Assembly: GCA_035221665.1 (NCBI GenBank)
Contig: CM069133.1
Span: 91,326,001 to 91,390,000 of the forward strand
Length of the DNA stretch: 64,000 nt
From: Okamejei kenojei
Taxonomy: Eukaryota
Direction of reading: 5' to 3'
The notes under the pieces are model-generated. The model saw nothing but the letters and a program-made list of their open reading frames with translations. It did no database searches and was not told the DNA's origin. Below are positions 62,005-64,000 of this stretch, piece by piece. A program made the position numbers and the translations under genes. The first letter of the stretch is position 1, and the number at the start of each line of letters is the position of its first letter.

Positions 62005-62480
62005 GATTACAGCACAAACACCTCATCAGTGGTTATCTCGCATAGGTCGGAGTGAGTAGAGTAGCGATTACATTTTGTAGTGGGCCTTTTTGATCAAGTT
62101 GAGAAGATCTAGTTGTTCAATCCCCTTTTTAAATGACTTAACATCGGGAGCAGCACGTGTGTTGGGTGGTAACCTATTCCATTCCCTTATCGTCCTTGGG
62201 TAAAGGGAATAAAGCAAAGTTTATTGAAATTTAGCGAGTTGATGATATAGGGACCGCTATTTTGTCTTGTTTCATGGCAGTTGGTGCTCTGGGATGACGG
62301 GAGATTTGATGGCGTGATTTTGTGAATCTCCCTGTAAATTGCCATAAGAGTCTGATTCTGCGGAGCTTGAGGGTATCCCATCCGAGAGAAGTCAGCATAT
62401 TATTCACGCTTGATTTGCGCTTGTAGTGATTACATACAAAGCGGGCTGCTCGGCGTTGTACCTTTTTCCAGGGTACTTTC
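62005..62480 (-). mobile_element. LINE 3' end of a CR1-group lineage distinct from the local vertebrate-type CR1s
   Basis: Minus strand LEKVQRRAARFVCNHYKRKSSVNNMLTSLGWDTLKLRR...SLYPRTIREWNRLP (frameshifted). Confidence 0.75.
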
Positions 62481-64000
62481 TCCTATCATCTAACTCTGAT
62501 ATTCAAAACGTCTTACAATTTTACTTGCCAACATTGTTTCATAATTCAAATAGCAAAAGTGCAACTAATAGAGTTTAGAGTCTAGTTTAGTGTTTAGAGA
62601 TACAGTGTGAAAACAGGCCCTTTGCTCACCATGTTAGCACAGACCAACAATCACCCATACATTAGTTATTAATTGTCACGCTAGTGACAATTTACAGAGG
62701 TCAATTCAGCCACAGCACCAAGATCTGTAGAGGTCAGACATCCACCATGTTTTTAATGCAGCTGTGAGTTGGGGTTTAGGGTGGGGGGGGAGGAGTAAAC
62801 AAGATTCAGCACTATCTGTCCCAATGTGAAACAGCTCAGTTGCAAACCTGAAATGCAAATCAATGTACAAAATGGTGTAGATGGACACTGGGATTTTCTT
62901 TCACTCTTATACAACATTAGATAGCTTTGCCACTGGGAAGATTCTGAGCATTATCTACCAATAAACTGTCAACTGATATATCTTTAAATCCATGCTTCAC
63001 ATTTCCCAACTCTCCAATCTCCCCACCAATAATTATTGCACTTAATTGCAACCTTGAAGGTGCAAGTACAAATCAGGAAAACAAAGGAAAGATGCATTTT
63101 TCTAACCAGGAAAGTGTATTTTCCAGGAGAGGTAATCACATCTGCCATCAGATGTTTCAGTCCCTGCAAGGGAACCTAATATCATTTATTCTCTCAGTTG
63201 GGTTGAATTAATGCTTCATTGTTTCACACAATGCCCAGTTGATCATGGTTGGGTTTATTTAACATGTTATAGACTTAAAAAAAATTACATTCACAATGAT
63301 ATTTAGAAGGTGCATCCAAAGCAAATGCATTAAGTTTACAGCACAAATTGTAGCAAAATATTTAGAAGCTGCAGTAATTGTGAATGGATTAGAGTATTTT
63401 CCACCTTCTTTAAAAAACTTCAGATGTTCTGATCCAGTTATGTAATTGCTGGATATCAATTATGAGAAGGATCAGTGCCATAGAGTAAAAGCAAAATCAA
63501 CTGGGAAATATTGATAACATTCAGTTTTGAGGCTTGTGTCAATCCCCTCTACTTCATTTCCAGCCAAGGATAGTTCAATTGTTATGACCACATGACCAAA
63601 GAAACAGCCATCATCTGCCTTTCTAGACAGGGAGAGGGTCTTGTATCATTACATTTTCCAGATATTCATTGGTATCTATTTCCTGAGGAACCTGAAAGAG
63701 CCACAAATCCCGAGGCAGAGACGACTCATTAGTACAATACTTGGTAACACGTCAGTTTACTCTAACCTAAAAAGACAGGAGGTTGTTGTAATTAGTAAGG
63801 TGCACACAGCGGGGAATCCATCGCTAAAAAAAAGCTACACAGATCCCACAATATCCTGACAGACAGGAAAAGACAAGTCAGAAATATTGCACAAGGGATC
63901 TGCATCACTTTTGTGACAGTTTTAAGACATAATTTTTTTTTCACAAATATCCCCTAATGTATTTGTGGATGATTATGAAATTAAATGTTCTAGATAAAGT

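Noticed and set aside
9419-64000. Upstream MLLT3 exon (LELGHRAQ...HDWMVFVRGP)
   Set aside because: Not found by eye; presumed to lie beyond the right edge of the window.

Overview
Repeat-rich vertebrate genomic DNA; the repeat content (CR1 LINEs, V-SINE/HE1-like SINEs, Penelope derivatives) suggests a cartilaginous fish such as a skate or ray (inference). Two minus-strand coding exons (9336-9418 and 5592-5735) encode the C-terminal part of the YEATS domain of MLLT3/AF9, so most of the window is probably MLLT3 intron. Two retroviral elements lie in the same orientation as the gene. (1) A ~13.8 kb decayed, env-less gamma/epsilon-like provirus (22562-36343) has a tRNA-Pro PBS, a putative 2H-phosphoesterase domain between protease and RT, mismatched LTRs and two nested CR1 insertions. 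(2) A small LTR element (42329-43780) has lost gag/pol and instead carries an intronless 5' fragment of the host spliceosomal gene SNRNP40, joined in frame to an env transmembrane remnant; this looks like a retroviral transduction fossil and is the most striking finding. Also present: a near-full-length RTE LINE with an internal inverted insertion, L2 and Penelope elements, two non-autonomous Helitrons, PIF/Harbinger-type MITEs carrying captured fragments, and many hairpin repeats with a hammerhead-like core. All calls were made by eye; no database searches were run.
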